From: Octopus vulgaris
Taxonomy: Eukaryota
DNA: 64,000 bases
Assembly (NCBI GenBank): GCA_951406725.2
Contig: OX597822.1
Span: 77,066,001 to 77,130,000, forward strand
Direction: 5' to 3'
The notes below the pieces were generated by a model. That model saw only the letters and a list, made by a program, of their open reading frames with translations. It was not told the origin of the DNA and ran no database searches. The translations under genes and the position numbers were made by a program. Positions 12,632 to 24,749 of this stretch are shown piece by piece (positions within the stretch are counted from its first letter, which is position 1; each line of letters starts with the position of its first letter).

Positions 12632-12902
12632 CATACATAAGACAGTAAGGTGTGATTTAAGGGAGATTTGGCTGCTATTTCTACCATGTCTAGCTGCCAT
12701 GTAGGGGTCTCCCTCATAGGCTCATACATACATATATACATAGATAAGACAGTAAGGTGTGATTTGGGGGAAATTTGGCTGCTATTTCTACCAGGTCTAG
12801 CTACCATGTAGAGGTCCCCCTCATTGTCTCATATATATATACATACATAAGACAGTAAGGTGTGATTTGAGGGAGATTTGGCTGCTGTTTCTACCAGGTC
12901 TG
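12632..12902. repeat. Three tandem copies (103-107 bp period) of a dispersed gagatttggctgctatttcta repeat
   Basis: taagacagtaaggtgtgattt at 12638, 12745 and 12848. Related dispersed copies occur near 18800, 24280, 31610, 45835, 52415(-), 59560, 62160 and 62255(-). Confidence 0.85.
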
Positions 12903-12959
12903 TTAGGCCTTCTCATGTAAACTCAAGCTTTCTCATGCCTTGAACATAAGACCAAAGCA

Positions 12960-13190
12960 GAGAATGTATTCTTTTATTCTTCTGCTTTTTCCAGCCATTG
13001 GTCTGTGGCCATGCTGGGGCAATGCCTTGAAGAATTGTAGTTTAATGAATCAACTCCAGTTTTATTTTTGTAAGCATTGTACTTATTCTATCTGTTTCCT
13101 TTGTCAAACCACTAGGTGACAGGGATGTAAACAAACCAACATTCGTTGTCAAGCAGTGGTGGAGGACAATCACAAGCACAGACACGCACA
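12960..13190 (-). mobile_element. Bipartite tRNA-SINE, 3' half
   Basis: gccatgctgg, gtacttattctatc and gttgtcaagc motifs in reverse orientation. Confidence 0.7.
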
Positions 13191-13260
13191 CACACACATA
13201 CATGCATACACATATACACACATACATACATACATATATATATATGTGTGTATATATATA

Positions 13261-13582
13261 TTGCAGCGTGGAAGGTGTTTGTAAGCCATTTAAGAAACAC
13301 ACAAAAACCGTTAGATTCACTTCAACATTTAAATTTAATTTGCCAAAATATTTTCCTCGCTTTGAGACCGCGACCTGTTCACTGACAAAAATATCGTGCT
13401 AACAGGTCGCGGTCTCAAAGCGACGAAAATATTTTGACAAATTAAATTTAAATGTTGAAGTGAATCTAACGGTTTTTGTGTGTTTCTTAAATGGCTTATA
13501 AACACCTTCAACGCTGCAACTGTTTTCGTTCCAGCACACGATCTCAGATCAAGTCACTTGCTATGCAAGTACATCTCTGTAA
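13261..13582. mobile_element. PLE-type non-coding mini-element with an inverted pLTR-like copy (119-bp arms)
   Basis: 13261-13379 is the reverse complement of 13401-13519, with about 4 mismatches and a 21-nt spacer. It is flanked by (TA)n, and a second dispersed copy lies at 29679-29803. Confidence 0.75.
13339..13389 (-). ncRNA. Minimal type I hammerhead motif with a G3:C8 swapped core
   Basis: Minus strand reads tttgtca-GTGAACA-G-GTCGC-ggtctcaaa-GCGAG-GAAA-ATAT-TT|tggcaaa. The other arm reads GCGAC and tgacaaa, which gives perfect stems I and II. Confidence 0.65.
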
Positions 13583-13591
13583 CTATATATA

Positions 13592-13632
<41 letters not shown>

Positions 13633-13695
13633 TGGTAAAAACAGTAAGATAACAAAAGAAAGAAAGAGACCTCAATATTATGTAAATAGAGGAAA

Positions 13696-14088
13696 TCTTT
13701 ATATATAAAAGTGAGGTTGTGTGTCTGTCTCCTACGATTTAGATTCCTAACTACTCCCACATTTTGCGGTGCAGTTTAACCAAAACCGGGTATCTTATAG
13801 TCGTGATTCATATCGAGACCGTCTGGGTATTAGCGCGCGTCTACGATGAGTCTACGATTTAAAAAAAAATTACCATCAATTTTTCCCATTTTTAATCCAT
13901 TTTTGACATATATAAGGGAAGTAACTCTCTAAAATTTATTATTAAATCTCAGAACGTAAAAAGCTACAGTAACACCCCTCCCCCTTTGTGGTTAGCCATA
14001 TTGAGATGGCTATTATACTTTACATCTCTAAAAATGCTTATATGATTATTTCCCTTACAAATCCGAGCAACGCCGGGCGATACTGCTA

Positions 14089-14089
<1 letters not shown>
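13696..14089 (+). mobile_element. Complete non-autonomous Helitron (394 bp)
   Basis: 5' A|TC (tctttatatataaaag), a 3' GC-rich hairpin-like ccgagcaacgccggg followed by CTAG|T, and no TSD. Confidence 0.85.
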
Positions 14090-14133
<44 letters not shown>

Positions 14134-14320
14134 AAATAAGAAAATGGAGAAATATATCTAAATCATTCATCAACTATCAGATAATACCGAATCATATATT
14201 TTATTAAAACACTACACAAGAGCATTAAGATTAGATATTAATACAGTACAATAATTACAATCAATATAATGAGATATAACTAAATAAATATAACAAGATA
14301 TAAAAATACATATACATTAT

Positions 14321-14437
14321 AACTGACAGCTGTTTCGGCCATGCAGATATGTATGTCTCATTTAACCTATATTAGCCATATATTGCAGGTATAAATGAGA
14401 CATTAACAAAAGTATCTTACGGCCTCTTCGGAGATTC
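14321..14437 (-). ncRNA. Type I hammerhead motif with a U4C core and a ~88-nt stem II
   Basis: Minus strand reads ct-CCGAAGA-GGCC-[long hairpin including atgtctcatttatacct/aggttaaatgagacat]-GGCC-GAAA-CAGCTG-TC|ag. Stem III is palindromic with a GUC triplet; stem I is weak. Confidence 0.65.
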
Positions 14438-15072
14438 TAATGTAAGTATGAGTACATACCCAAAAATCATTTACATATAAATATAACTATGAGTGCATAT
14501 ATACTCATATCCTTATATATATACACATATACATAATAATATAAATATAAATAATATAAATCAATATATATCAATAAACATAATAATGTTCTATATTGAA
14601 TGTTACAGTTCCTCAACAAGTATTAAGAAATTACAACAGATATATTCATACTTAATGCAGACATATATAGTAAACAGTTCATTATATTAATTTGTGTTAC
14701 TTTACAAAAAGTCAATAATGCTAATACCAATATCGTTATCCATAACAATAATGTTATCAATATCAATATTCTTACTACTAACAACATCATTACTAATAAA
14801 ACAATACATATATCACACAATTAACAACATAGTAGCAACACTGAAGACCAATAAATACCACCATAGTATTATTCAAGGCAAATAGATATCTGCATATATA
14901 TGCAATCAGTCAAATTCTTCTGTTTGCACGGTATTAATTTCCACAGATGCATTCGATTGACCTATACTTTTAAATTTGAATTACAATAGATATTTCACGG
15001 TTAGTTAGCTAGGAAACATACACACGCACACGCACATCCACAAACGTGCGCACATACAGACATAGTCACATG

Positions 15073-15131
<59 letters not shown>

Positions 15132-15323
15132 CCACATACACATCCAAATCATAAATAACATAAGAGGTACTATCCCACCTATACACACAATATATATATA
15201 TATGTGTATATATATATATATTTATAATAGGATTAGCTCGTATACGAGTAGGTATATATTTGTAAAAAATGAAGTTCGAAAATGCTGCTGTATTATACAA
15301 TTTTTAATTTTTATATATACATT

Positions 15324-15362
15324 ATAACATGTTTCAGTTCCTGAAATGAACCTTATCAAAAA
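15324..15362 (-). ncRNA. Possible minimal hammerhead with a U3:A8 core
   Basis: Minus strand reads TTGATAA-GGTTC-atttcag-GAACT-GAAA-CATG-TT|. Stem I is poor and the context is AT-rich. Confidence 0.4.
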
Positions 15363-15734
15363 AAGTTATATATAAAAAGAGACAGCTCATGCCGTCAAAC
15401 ACAAGAAATTCATTTATAATACACAACGGAGTCAGACATCTTAGAGTTCATGTATAGTTGATATATAGTTCATGTATAGTTGATATATAGTTTGAAGTAT
15501 ATTTCAAAGTGTTCGATGCAGTGGCCCACGGTGGCGATACGTATTCAATACAAAAAACAGATCAAAGTGGTGGAAAGCGGTCAATACAGAAGATTGATGT
15601 TTCCGAAAGAGCGAGGAATTCATTTTTACCTTAAGCAATTGTGATGACCCATGGTGGAAGTTCGCTGGGTGGTTCTAGTGATTTTTTGTGAAATGCTTGG
15701 TTTTATAATGCCTGTTAGGTGGTCAATCTAGCGT

Positions 15735-16078
15735 AGCGTGACGTCATCAATGTTTTGACCAATCGTTTCGTTAGTTGGCTTTAATCAAGTGGAACGGGAC
15801 GTCATCATTATTTTGACCAATCGCTGCATTATAACTCCCTCTTGTTTGTTTCCTGTCTTGACCAGTCGCTTCGTTAGTCAAGCATAGCGGGATGTCATTC
15901 AGATTCTGCCCAATCACGACTTATAGCTACATTAGATCTGTCCCCTGTCTGTACTTGTTAGGTGACTATTCAAGCAGAAAAGGACGTCATCAATATTCTG
16001 ACTAATGACTGTCCCCTGTTTGTATCCTGTCCATTCTAGCAGAGCTAGACGTCATCAACTTGTTGACCAATCAGAATC
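15735..16078. promoter_or_regulatory. Five GACGTCAT(CRE-like)...CCAAT modules, probably part of a PLE untranslated region
   Basis: gacgtcatca-N-tgaccaatc-like modules at about 15740, 15798, 15891, 15983 and 16048. Confidence 0.4.
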
Positions 16079-16188
16079 GGGTCTGACCCTTAGCTGTATC
16101 GTATGTATCAGGGTCAGATTTGCACGAAAGAATTTTCGAACTTCATTTTTTACAAATATATATATATATTTTCGAACTTCATTTTTTA

Positions 16189-16264
<76 letters not shown>

Positions 16265-16284
16265 ATGTGTGTGTGTGTGTGTGT

Positions 16285-16475
16285 CTGTGTGTCTGTGTTT
16301 GTCCCTCCACCATCGCTTGACAACCGATGCTAGTGTGTTTACGAGCCCGTAACTTAGCGGTTCGGCAAAAGACACCGATAGAATAAGTACTAGACTTACA
16401 AAGAATAAGTCCTGGAGGGTCGATTTGTTTGACTAAAAGGCGGCCGCAGTCAAATGACTGAAAGAAATGAAAGAA
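16285..16475 (+). mobile_element. Bipartite tRNA-SINE, 3' half
   Basis: tgtttgtccctccaccatcgcttgacaaccgatg...gtaacttagcggttcggcaaaaga...cagtcaaatgactgaaa. Confidence 0.85.
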
Positions 16476-17879
16476 AAATTTTTAAAATATATAAAAGAAT
16501 CCCCTTTTGGGTTCTTCTTTGAGCCCTTTTTATCGACTTTCTCTCTTCGCTCTCTTCTCTTTTCCTCGTCTATTTTTGCGCTGTGTGCCGCACATTCCAA
16601 ACTGTAATAACTATTTTCACATTTTTTGCTCTTTTGTTATTTATGCTTTTATAATATAGCATTGTGTATACGTTTAACCGTTTATTAAATGTCTTTCACC
16701 TCTCTTCACCTCTACCAAAACTAGTGGCGTCTATGCAACTCAGTCAGTTTTATTGATATTCTTTTCGTTTGTAACCAATGAAAGCTTTTCTTTTTATTGT
16801 TTCTGTTGAATATTTGTTTTAACGGTCTTGTTGTTTCATTCTTTGAATTTTTGTAGGAAGACCTGAAGATATGAAACTCGGAGTTACGAAATACGAAGTT
16901 TCAGCTATTACGCAATAAATTGTTGCCCTGACAAACTGCTGTGGTTTAGCATCCAGTTATATTTCTGTAGAAGAGGCAAATAACAGTTAAACGCACAAAG
17001 GGAACAAACTGTATCTTGTGTTAATATGTAGATATAAAGTGAATCCTCTGTGTGTGTGTGTGTCTGTGTGTGTGTACACATGTACTCGCGTGCATGTGTG
17101 TATATTTTTTCCGTTCATTGAACGAGAAGAAATCGCAGTTTAAAGCAGAGGTCACACAGGTCTTAATGCACGATTAACGGATATATTTATTTTGTAAAAA
17201 TATATTTCTAGTTAATTGGAAACAACCCTGTTACCATATCACAAAACCTTCTGAAAATTATATAGTCTAGGTATGAAATTAATTTACTGGTGAGGCAGTT
17301 TAAGATAATTACAGTGGAATATTTCCTCAGGTTGCCTTCTGCATGATGAACATATAGCTAAATGCAAGCTGATATATCGTGTAATTTACATCTTCTTGCA
17401 ACCAGTCGGGTTACTGGTGGAATAACACTAACGATTTTATTTTGCGAAGCTAAAAAGAACTGACGTTAAATACAGACTATTTGATTTTGGTCTACCTATA
17501 AATCATCGATTTTCTCCCAAAATCAGCTTAATAAAAGAATGAATTTGTTTCGTGTTTACCATTGATCCCGAGACACCAGCTATGCCTTAATTGCTATGCC
17601 ATGTCGCAGACAATGTATTCTTTTCAATAAGAACTGCTTGACTTATGAACTCAGAATGCTTTTGAGGGTTCGATCGATCGGAAGATATCATCTGTTCTTA
17701 ACAGGTAGAATTTTTATGGATCTTCATTTAAAATCCATGATTTACTACGGCGCAGTTATGTACATGGTGAGGTCCCGATCCCTTCAGCGGAGGCTAGTCA
17801 CAAGTCTGTATTCCGTCAAGAGAGAGAGCGCTAGATGGACCACACATCTTACTATCATGCCTTTTGAGCAATGGAATAT

Positions 17880-18297
17880 ATTTATTTCTTTATTGCCCAC
17901 AGGGGGCTAAACATAGAAGGGACAAACAAGGACAGACAAACAGATTAAGTCGATTATATCGACCCCAGTGCGTAACTGGTACTTAATTTATCGACCCCGA
18001 AAGGATGAAAAGCAAACTCGACCTCGGCGGAATTTGAACTCAGATCGTAACGGCAGACGAAATATCTATTTCTTTCCTAACCACAAGGGGCTAAATACAG
18101 AGAGGACAAACAAGGACAGACAAACGGATGAAGTCGATTATATCGACCCCAGTGCGTAACTGGTACTTATTTAATCGACCCCGAAAGGATGATCGGCGAA
18201 GTCGATCTGGGTGGAATTTGAACTCAGAACGTAGCGGCAGGCGAAATACCGCTAAGCATTTCGCCCGGCGTGCTAACGATTCTGCCAGCTCGCCATT
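17880..18297 (-). mobile_element. Meta-domain SINE dimer
   Basis: Two 184-bp units, one head, and the usual junction at ~18060. Confidence 0.85.
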
Positions 18298-19029
18298 GAA
18301 TATATTGCTGGTTATTTTGTCTGTTGGTTTGTCTCCCTTTTTCGGTCTTCGTGCACATATGGAAGGACGTCGCCTCTATAGCAATCCTTTCGGGATTGCT
18401 GGTACTATATTCTTAGTTTTGTTCAGTAGCCGAACTAAGATACAGCTGTGTGGCCATCGGTGTGTACCACCAGCATCTGGGAGCCGTAAGAGCCGTATAA
18501 TAGTCGGCTGATAGCTTTACAAAGATACTACATTTTATGCACTACACCAAACACCACTTTTGGGGGTTACGTTGGTCATATTTAACCGATTTCCCTAAAT
18601 CGTAGTCTGTGTGTCCGTTCCTTCTGAAAATGTGGGATGTTATTATGGTTGTTGTCATCGTCGTCGTCGCAGTCACCACTGCTGAGGCTTCTTATCTCCG
18701 TGTCATCCTTGAATGAACAAACTTATGATGAAACGACTTCTACCTGTTACAGTCTTATCATATTGTGCATTCAGAAAAAAGCATTATCTAGAATATCCAG
18801 TTGCTATTTCTAGTCTTTTAAACGACCATATACAAGCTGTCTCGTTGTCATTATCATGTAGTTGATGCTCTATGCAGTTTCTCCTCACATTCTTGCGGTT
18901 CAATGACTGGAATGTATAGGGAACGCTTACGTTTGGCCGATCTCATGACTAGAATATTACTGGTATAATTCCTTTTGTCTTTTGGAAGGCGTTGAAGGCA
19001 AAGACAATTCCCGCAAGGCAACAATAGTA

Positions 19030-19236
19030 ATTTTGGCACAATACCAGCAATATCACGAGCAGGGGGTAAGTCAATTGCATCGACACCAGTACGTCACTGG
19101 TATTTTATTTTATCAATTCCGAGAGGATGAAGGCAAAGTCGATTTCGGTGACATATGAACTCCGAACGTAAAGTCGAAAGAAAAGCCACAAAACATTTCA
19201 TCTGGCGTGCAATCGCTTCTGTCTGCTCACCAATTT
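19030..19236 (-). mobile_element. Older Meta-domain SINE
   Basis: gaggatgaaggcaaagtcga...gaactccgaacgta...ggcgtgc. Confidence 0.7.
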
Positions 19237-19267
19237 AATGCAAAGTAATAATAATAATAATAATAAC

Positions 19268-19842
19268 AACAAGATCACTCAGAGAGCGCAAACCTCCGTC
19301 AAGGCAACACCAACGTCCTCTCAACGAGTAGCCAGAGATGGTTTTTAAAATAAGAATATCTGAAATAAACTCGACTGCTCTCACAAACGAGACTACTAAA
19401 AATGAACCCGACCGCTCTCAAAAATTAATTTAAAAAAAACGGAAAAATAATCCAGAATCCTTGTCCGGTACCTGATCTATGCCAATGGCAGCCATGGAAT
19501 GTGAAGGTGGCTGTAGAAAATTTAGTAGTAGTAATAAACAGTTTATCCGTATCTAAAACAAGCCAAAGTTGATAATTTCATCCTAAAGGGAGATAATTGA
19601 GAAAGACTTGATAGTTAACGTAAGGCCGTAATCATGTAAAGTAAATATAATAAATAATCCAGAATCCTTGTCCGGAACCGGATCGATCTTCAAATCTAAT
19701 CAGTTCGTGCCAGTTGTGAGGCCAAACATTCCTGAAAGTTTCATCCAAATCCATTCAGCAGTTCTTGAGATATCTTGTACACGGACAAACAAACAAACGC
19801 GACTGAAAACAATACCTCCGTCTTGGCGAAGGCGGAGGTAAT
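19268..19842 (-). mobile_element. Helentron-associated (HINE/DINE-1-like) non-autonomous element
   Basis: Sub-terminal inverted repeats acctccgtc (19292) and ggcggaggt (19831). There is a hairpin acctccg...cggaggt at 19814-19839, a (CAAA)n tract, and a short terminal stem cactc-aga-gagcg. Confidence 0.65.
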
Positions 19843-20268
19843 AATAGAATCATAGATACAGAAAAGCGAAGTTGCTTACTTATCGAACCATCATGCCCGT
19901 TTGATTGCAGGATCGCAAAGAAAGAGGAAGAAAACAAAGAAAATATGATCCCTTACAATTTGAAAGAGGAAGAATTTGGAGCATGCGAACAATAAAGGTC
20001 GTACCTGTAATAATTGGTGCGTTGGGAACATTAAGCAAATATATAGACAAATCGTTGAAGGAGATTAAAATAGAATTCCAGGTGGAGCTCCTACAGAAAG
20101 TGTGCCTCTTTGGGACAGCAAGGATTATCAAGAGGGTTCTAAGCACTTGAAAAACTGCCGAAAATGTGTGGATACCTAAGATTACAGGTAGTAACACGCT
20201 ACTCAAATAAATTCTACTAGGAATAAGACCAAGCCCCAAATTTGTTTCAATAACAACAACATCAACAA
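19843..20268 (+). mobile_element. 5'-truncated R4/Dong-like non-LTR retrotransposon (restriction-like endonuclease C-terminus plus 3' UTR)
   Basis: KQRKYDPLQFE..RIWSM..IKVVPVIIGALGT...LQKVCLFGTARIIKRVL matches the RLE C-terminal pattern of the R4/Dong clade. It ends in (CAA/TAA)n, consistent with Dong targeting. Confidence 0.8.
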
Positions 20269-20278
20269 CAACAACAAC

Positions 20279-20320
<42 letters not shown>

Positions 20321-20330
20321 AATAATAATA

Positions 20331-20878
20331 TGCCCTGATGTAGTACCAGGTATTGACTTTCATGGCTTCTGATCTTAACTGATTGAAAGTGTTATCATAC
20401 ACGGGTTTTGTCTTGGTATAAGAGATGAGCTACAACAAATATTCTGCTCAATACCACAGATTTGCTTGTCAGTTGCTTGACCGTAGCCAATTGAGCGTGT
20501 CCCTTAATGGCTGACAATATGTGCAACTCTGATCATGAACAGAAGTAGTGTGGGAGTTTCATGTGTTGAGAGGAATTCTTTGGGATTTCGATAATTCACC
20601 CCTGGAAACATGGTTGTTTCATTCAAAATTCTTAAACAACTCTTATTCAAGGACTTTTTGAGCGGGATGGGCTACTCAAACTGAAAAAAATTCTAATTGG
20701 GCCCCATCTGGAAGGTCATGAGCTATTTATCTTGATATGAGAACGCCATGGCGCGCACATGGTTACGACGCATGTACCCGATGTACCCTTATCAGACCGG
20801 TAGTCATGATGGGTATACTGAGCTTCGTATATTTTACCCCAGTGTCATTTTGATGGCATGTACTGCTCTCTACTGAAT
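20331..20878 (+). mobile_element. ~550-bp non-coding element embedded in (TAA)n, copy 1
   Basis: Colinear with the reverse complement of 37815-38367, and both ends abut TAA-type repeats. Confidence 0.8.
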
Positions 20879-21293
20879 ACTACTACTACTACTACTACTA
20901 CTAATAATAATAATAATAATAACAAGAAGAAGAAGAAGAAGAAGAAGACGACGACGACGACGATGATGATGATGATGATGATGATGATGACGATGTCGAC
21001 TTAAGTTATGAAATATTTAATATATTTTCCTAAGAAATATAGGGCGAAGAAACATCATGAAATTAATTAAGCTGGTTAGTATTTTTTTCCATTGAAATAT
21101 TGTCTGACAAAAGAGCTACAAGAAACAAAATCACTGGGTATACATCTACATGCATACACACACACACACACACACACATACATACATACATACATACATA
21201 CATACATACATACATACATACATACATACATACCGCCGACAGATATGCATATCTACTCAAACAGGTATAAATACATACCTTATATCTATCTAT

Positions 21294-21386
<93 letters not shown>

Positions 21387-21388
21387 TA

Positions 21389-21609
21389 GGCGGCGAGCTA
21401 GTAGAAAAGTTAGCGCGCCGGACAAAATGCTTAGCGGTATTTCGTCTGTCGTTACATTCTGAGTTCAAATTCCGCCGAGGTCGACTTTGCCTTTCATCCT
21501 TACGGAGTCGATAAATAAAGTACCAGTTTCGCACTGGGGTCGATGTAATCGACTTAATCCCTTTGTCTATCCTTATTTGTCCCCTCTATGTTTAGCCCCT
21601 TGTGGGCAG

Positions 21610-21612
<3 letters not shown>
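21389..21612 (+). mobile_element. Meta-domain SINE monomer inserted in (TA)n
   Basis: Full head, B box, Meta core and tail between two (TA)n tracts. Confidence 0.9.
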
Positions 21613-21672
<60 letters not shown>

Positions 21673-21923
21673 CATACATACACATATATACTATACACAT
21701 ATATACTCACAATCTTAAAAAAACATTAACAAAAGGCATGTTGCTACCAAGTATATATATATATATATGTACATACACTGATATACTATACACATATATA
21801 CTTACACACATTCTTAAAAACATTAATAAAAGGCATGTTGATAGCAAGTCATACACATTTGCGCGTAATGTTTATACACACACATATATGTCTGTGTCTG
21901 TGCGCGCATGCGTGTATACATCT

Positions 21924-21964
<41 letters not shown>

Positions 21965-22408
21965 TATATATATATATTATGACGAATTAGTACTTGTGTC
22001 TTTGCACTAACATAGCCAGACATTCGCAAGCGCGTGTTTTTACGGGCGCGGGTGTACGTGTGCGTGGCCGTCACGCGCAATCGAGTATGACTTTTGCATC
22101 AACAATCAACAGGCTTTTTTTTTTAAATGTATTTTTGTTAGTTTTTACTTCACTCATTTACTTGAGAGTCGACACACAGACACTTTTTGATCCAACGAAA
22201 TAACCAAGACATTCCAATTGAAGGCTAGAGAAGGGTTGTACCCCAGCATTTGACTGACACATCACTGTATCGAATGTCAATGGATGTGAATGCAAAGCTG
22301 ACCTCGGGCGGATTTGAACTCAGAACGTAAAGAGCCGGAACAACTTACCACCTAGCATTTTGACTGATTCTTTAACTATTCTGCTTATCAACAGCCATAC
22401 CTACCTAC

Positions 22409-22498
<90 letters not shown>

Positions 22499-22615
22499 GT
22501 AGGTGTGCGTCTTTGTGTGTATACACACACACATATATATATGTCTGTATGTATATATATATATATATGTATGTTTATATATTTATATATATATATATAT
22601 GTATGTTTATATATT

Positions 22616-22724
<109 letters not shown>

Positions 22725-22774
22725 ATATATATATATATATATGTATGTGTATATATATATATATATGTATATGT

Positions 22775-22820
<46 letters not shown>

Positions 22821-22999
22821 AATGTATGTTTATATATATGTATGTATACATATATATGTATGTATATTTATATGTATATATATATGTATATATATATTAT
22901 ATGTATATATATATATATGTGTGTATATATATATCTATATATTTATGTATATATATATATGTATATATGTATGTATGTGTATATGTATGTATATAGATA

Positions 23000-23041
<42 letters not shown>

Positions 23042-24749
23042 AATGAATATATACATGTATATAGATACACCCACACGTATGCATCAAATATTTACAAATG
23101 TGTGTACGTGCACGTGTGTTGTTTGTGTGTGCATGTGTATGTGTGTGTCTGTGTGCCTAAGTGTGAGTCTGGCTGGCCGCGTGCGAGGTGTGTATGTGTT
23201 AACTGAGCAAGTATATCATTTTATTTGTTTCTTGCGGTCTCAGTTGTTTTATATGTTGAAGGTATTAGCGCTGCTAATTTGTACATAGAAATAACGTTCA
23301 GAAACTTCGCGAAAGTTTCTGGTAGAATCTTCACGCTTTGGCACTGCGCCAATTAGTAAAATCTAAAAGACAACGAGAAAGACACACGTAAAACAACCGA
23401 AGAAAAACATAATGCTGTGTGTATCAGGTTATTTGACGTAAATTGTGAGTTGATTCGATGTAGAAGGCGAGATGATATTGTTGGTAATGGCGGCGTTGAG
23501 AATGAGGTAACGTGTAATGTGTCAGCAGGCAGCGTGCTGTCACGTGACGCAGGGGATCCTTTCACAGGGAATGCGAAGGATGGTGGAGGGCGGGGGAGGC
23601 TTCATGATTTAGTGAGTTATCTGACAGAAAATAAAAAGTACTAAAGGAGTGTGGTGGCTGTTATGACGTTGAAAGTCATGTGATACCTAACAAATAGGAC
23701 CATTCTCATGAAAGTTAAACCAAAACAGGCTTTCGAAACGTTGTAGAACGCCCTGAAAAAATCCCTATGTACTTGTAGATGTATGTTGAAATGGTTCGTT
23801 TTTTTTTATCAGATATCGATACTGTGACAATTTCTTCTAGATCTATACTATCTGGAAAATATCGAAAATATTTGTCTTGAAATATGTCAAAAGATATGGC
23901 AAACTATTGCAAGATTATAAGAGAGAACAGTTTGCAAAGAAATAGTGAAGTGAGGTGGGTTGGCTGGGGTATGTGAAAACTCAGCTGTTTAATTATGCTG
24001 AAAGTTATCTGACAACAAAATGGTTGAAAGGACTGTTTATGACGTAGGCAGTCACATGATTACAAGCACGATGTAAACGGGCTGAATGTAGGCGGTTGCT
24101 GTTGTTGTTTAGCCCCAGGTCACACCGGATAGATCGAAATTGTGATTAAAAAGAGTTCTGTCCTGTGATTAAAAAGAGTTCTCGTCTTTTATTGAGACAG
24201 CGTGATCAAAACAAAATGATTAGTGAATCCTTCTTTTGTATAAGGCAATGGAGGAAGGGTGAGATTTGAAGAAAATTTTTGACTGCTATTTCTAGCAGAT
24301 TGATGCAGTGACATAAAGGCACAAGGGAGTATAAATTTTCGTAACTCCTTTTTTTCTGTACTACGCTATCACCGTCCTCGCTAACAACAATTAGGTTTTC
24401 GCCAAAGCATTAATTTTTTTCAATTCTTAATTTCTAGAAATGGCTACCTCCATTGTGGCCTGTTGGATGGTCGATGACTGTACTGAGTTCATCCGGTTTT
24501 TGACAGGTTTTGTTTTTCATCCTGCAGAGAGTCGAACGAAAACCACTCTCTTTACCAAACAAGCTTAGTAGGGTTGCTGGTTTAGTCGCCGACGGCCCGG
24601 CCACGCTACAGGTCGTACTGGGTTACATGTTACTAGTACTACAAAAGTGACTCTCTCTCTCTCTTTTTCACCCTCTCTCTGTCTCATATATATACACACA
24701 CACAGAGTATATATAAAAGTTTTAGCAAAACCCACTTGATACAGCCACA

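Noticed and set aside
16863-16905. CTGAAGA...CGAAA motif in a pLTR-like T-rich region
   Set aside because: Stem II closing and the NUH triplet cannot be assigned, so it is too degenerate.
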